Of a stretch of DNA of 28,493 nucleotides, positions 26,111-28,493 are shown piece after piece (positions within the stretch are counted from its first letter, which is position 1; each line of letters opens with the position of its first letter). The stretch comes from a virus (lineage: Duplodnaviria; Caudoviricetes). The notes below the pieces were generated by a model. The model was not told the DNA's origin. It searched no databases and saw only the letters and a list, made by a program, of their open reading frames with translations. Position numbers and translations under genes: made by a program. The DNA lies in the IMG/VR virus record IMGVR_UViG_3300010398_000032, positions 1 through 28,493 of that record; one strand, written 5' to 3'.

Positions 26111-28493
26111 AGAAAATCGTTGGCGCGTTCTTCGCGGCTTGTGTTGGCCTTGCGATGCTCTCGCATAGCCATGCACAGATCAGTCTGCCGTGGCCGGGGC
26201 CGGGCATTACGGTCAGCCCGCCTGGCGCGAACAACTGCACGGTCAGCGGCAACAATTCGATCAGCACGGTTGGCGGAACGCTCACCTATGTATTCACGTC
26301 ATCCGGCACCTTGACGTGCCCATCGGGGCGCACGGTCAACTTGCTGGTGGTTGCTGGTGGCGGCTCGGGCGGCGCGACCTATGCTGGCGGCGGCGGTGCG
26401 GGCGAGGTTGTCACCTTTAACGGCTATTCGCTGCCCTCGGGCGCAACGACCATCACGGTTGGCGCGGGCGGTGCGCCTGTCGGTACGGCGGCTGTCATTG
26501 GCAATAATGGCGGCGATAGCACGATAGGAACCTGTACCGCCAAGGGCGGCGGCGCGGGCGCCCGCGATGGCAACGTCGGCGGTGTTGGTTCTGGTGGCTC
26601 GGGCGGCGGCGCGGGCAACGGTACGGGAACCGGCGGCACTTCCATTGCTGGTGCAAATTGCGCAGGCGGCACCGGGCGCGGCACGGCAGGCGGCGGCACA
26701 GGCACGACCGGCGGCGGCGGCGGCGGTGGTGCGACTACGGCAGGCAGTGCAGCAACAACGGCCAATGGCGCCCTCGGCGGTGCTGGGTTTGTTAGTTCAA
26801 TCACTGGCTTCTCGGTTCAATATGGTTGTGGCGGCGGCGGCGCGGGCCGCACCGATAGCAGCGGCGCACAAGGCCCCGGCGGGTGCAGTACGGCAGGCAC
26901 GGGCGCTTCGGGTGCGGCTACCTTTCCGGCAACGGCAGGACAGCCCAACACAGGTAGTGGCGGCGGCGGCGGCAACACGACCACGCAAAGCGGCGCAGGC
27001 GGCTCGGGGATCGTTGTCGTGCAAGATAGCACGACCGGCCAAGTCGCAGGCGTCACGGCTCTTTGCTCAACGACTGGCACGGCCACGCCTGCCATCGGGC
27101 GAGCCGGGACCAACACGACCTACACGTTTGCATCTAGCGGTTCGATCACTTGCCCGCAAAGTCTACAAGTCAATTATGTACTGGTAGGCGGCGGCGGCGG
27201 CAGTGCCGGATCGCTTAATTGTGCAGGCGGCGGCGGCGGTGCAGGCGGTGTCAGGTCTGGCATTGTTCAACTCAATGCCAATCAGACCTATCAAGTCACG
27301 ATTGGGGCTGGTGGTACTGGTGTTACGTCAACAACTGCCCCCGGCAATCCCGGTCAGCCTTCACTCTTTGACAGTATAGCAACGGCATTCGGTGGTGGGG
27401 GTGGTGCTGGACAGGCCACTTCAGGTTTGCAGGGTCGCGGCGCCTCTAGCGGAGGCAACACATATAGTTCTTCTACCGTCATTCCTGGCATTGCTGGTCA
27501 AGGTAATTCTGGCGGCATTGGCGGGACTGCTTGTTGGGGCGGCGGCGGCGGCGGCGGCGCAACAGGAGTGGGAACCCCTGGCAATGCTTCTAGTGCAGCC
27601 GCCGGTCAGAGTGGCTACGGCGGTTCTGGTTATCTTATAAATCCAGCGATCTTTGGCGTCCCCGCAGGAGGATGTGTTGCTGGTGGTGGTGCCGGTGGGC
27701 GCAGTCAGGCAACCGGAATATTTGTTGGAACCGCACCATGCGGCGGCGGGATTGCTGGTCAATCCGGTGCAATAACTGGTGGCAATGCCGCGCCAAATTC
27801 AGGAAGTGGCGGGGGTGGTGCAGGCACGACGACTTCTGCTGATGCTGGCTTGGGCGGCACTGGCGGCTCGGGCCTGTTGGTCATTTCGCATCCGACCACG
27901 CAGCCTGCGACGATCTGCACGGCCAATACAGATAACGGTGGCAGTGATGCCAACGTCAGGGCACTCTGGCATTTCGATCAGACAACCAATGATACCAGCA
28001 CTCCTGGCAGTGTTGGCACCAGCCCAGGAACCCTGACCGGGGCGGCAGTTTCGCTTTCTGCGGCACAATCGAAATTTGGCGGCTACGCAATAGTCAATGG
28101 CAATGCGGCTGCGGCTGACATGCTTGTTAATCATCCTGCCGCGCTAACTCTTGGAACCGGCGATATTACTTATGAATGGTGGGGAAACCTCAATACAGGC
28201 GCGGCTGCGGCTGGCGCATGTGCCGCATGTAGCCTTTCTGAAACCTCACTCTATTGGTCCGGGGCAGGCACTTGGACATGGAACCTTAATGGCGGCGCGG
28301 TTGGTAATTGGACGACCACGCCACCATCAGGCACTTGGCAGCATTATGCGGTAGTTCGCAGCGGAACCACCGCTAGTTTCTATCTGAATGGCAACAAGAT
28401 CACACCCGACGTTACCAATTCAGTCAATATGGCGCAGAACGCTAATCTTGGTATTGCTGGTCGAGGCGATGCCGCGATTGGTTGGGGCGGCTA
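26107..28493 (+). CDS. Glycine-rich fibre/adhesin-like protein with signal peptide, two Gly-rich domains and a LamG/ConA-like domain (partial; runs off the right edge; absent from the ORF track)
   Basis: ATGA overlap; MKKIVGAFFAACVGLAMLSHSHA|Q; two repeats of FTSSG.LTCP..(L/Y)LVV.GGG.GG...PN(T/S)GSGGGG...GGSG.VV; then ALWHFD...QSKFGG...GTGDITYEWW...WQHYAVVRSGTT..FYLNG; open to the window end. Confidence 0.85.
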   Translation, partial: MKKIVGAFFAACVGLAMLSHSHAQISLPWPGPGITVSPPGANNCTVSGNNSISTVGGTLTYVFTSSGTLTCPSGRTVNLLVVAGGGSGGATYAGGGGAGEVVTFNGYSLPSGATTITVGAGGAPVGTAAVIGNNGGDSTIGTCTAKGGGAGARDGNVGGVGSGGSGGGAGNGTGTGGTSIAGANCAGGTGRGTAGGGTGTTGGGGGGGATTAGSAATTANGALGGAGFVSSITGFSVQYGCGGGGAGRTDSSGAQGPGGCSTAGTGASGAATFPATAGQPNTGSGGGGGNTTTQSGAGGSGIVVVQDSTTGQVAGVTALCSTTGTATPAIGRAGTNTTYTFASSGSITCPQSLQVNYVLVGGGGGSAGSLNCAGGGGGAGGVRSGIVQLNANQTYQVTIGAGGTGVTSTTAPGNPGQPSLFDSIATAFGGGGGAGQATSGLQGRGASSGGNTYSSSTVIPGIAGQGNSGGIGGTACWGGGGGGGATGVGTPGNASSAAAGQSGYGGSGYLINPAIFGVPAGGCVAGGGAGGRSQATGIFVGTAPCGGGIAGQSGAITGGNAAPNSGSGGGGAGTTTSADAGLGGTGGSGLLVISHPTTQPATICTANTDNGGSDANVRALWHFDQTTNDTSTPGSVGTSPGTLTGAAVSLSAAQSKFGGYAIVNGNAAAADMLVNHPAALTLGTGDITYEWWGNLNTGAAAAGACAACSLSETSLYWSGAGTWTWNLNGGAVGNWTTTPPSGTWQHYAVVRSGTTASFYLNGNKITPDVTNSVNMAQNANLGIAGRGDAAIGWGG

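Noticed and set aside
26107-26145. Lipoprotein lipobox (FAAC at residue 12)
   Set aside because: The Cys is early, the hydrophobic stretch continues past it and a good SHA|Q signal peptidase I site follows; not fully excluded.
26120-28354. Many alternative-frame and antisense ORFs and GGC repeats
   Set aside because: By-products of the Gly-rich reading frame starting at 26107; not a CRISPR array or independent repeat.
24998-28493. Diversity-generating retroelement as in BPP-1
   Set aside because: No reverse transcriptase and no TR/VR repeat pair visible in this window.

Overview
The window is the DNA-packaging and virion-morphogenesis arm of a GC-rich (about 60% by eye) short-tailed dsDNA phage or prophage. 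Gene order is podovirus-like (BPP-1/T7-type head-tail connector and tail tubular proteins), and the host is probably an alphaproteobacterium (inference). A divergent early-type gene with a DnaJ-like Zn finger runs off the left end. A non-coding control region follows, with a perfect DnaA box and a parS palindrome. The + strand then carries: terminase small and large subunits; a self-contained promoter-gene-terminator insert; portal; Bbp19-like protein; scaffold; a cluster of small basic or metal-binding genes including a HiPIP-like protein; a structured RNA leader; major capsid and decoration proteins; tail tubular proteins A and B with inserted CBM-like modules; three internal (ejected) virion proteins, the largest a polyvalent protein with two ADP-ribosyltransferase-like domains and an LPD38-like C-terminus; and two fibre/adhesin-like proteins that both start with Sec-type signal peptides and have paired cysteines. 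The most notable observations are the apparently exported tail-fibre-like proteins, an operator palindrome shared in identical register by two sigma70-type promoters 3.7 kb apart, parS and DnaA sites, and an apparent complete absence of GANTC. All calls come from reading motifs and gene order; no database search was run.
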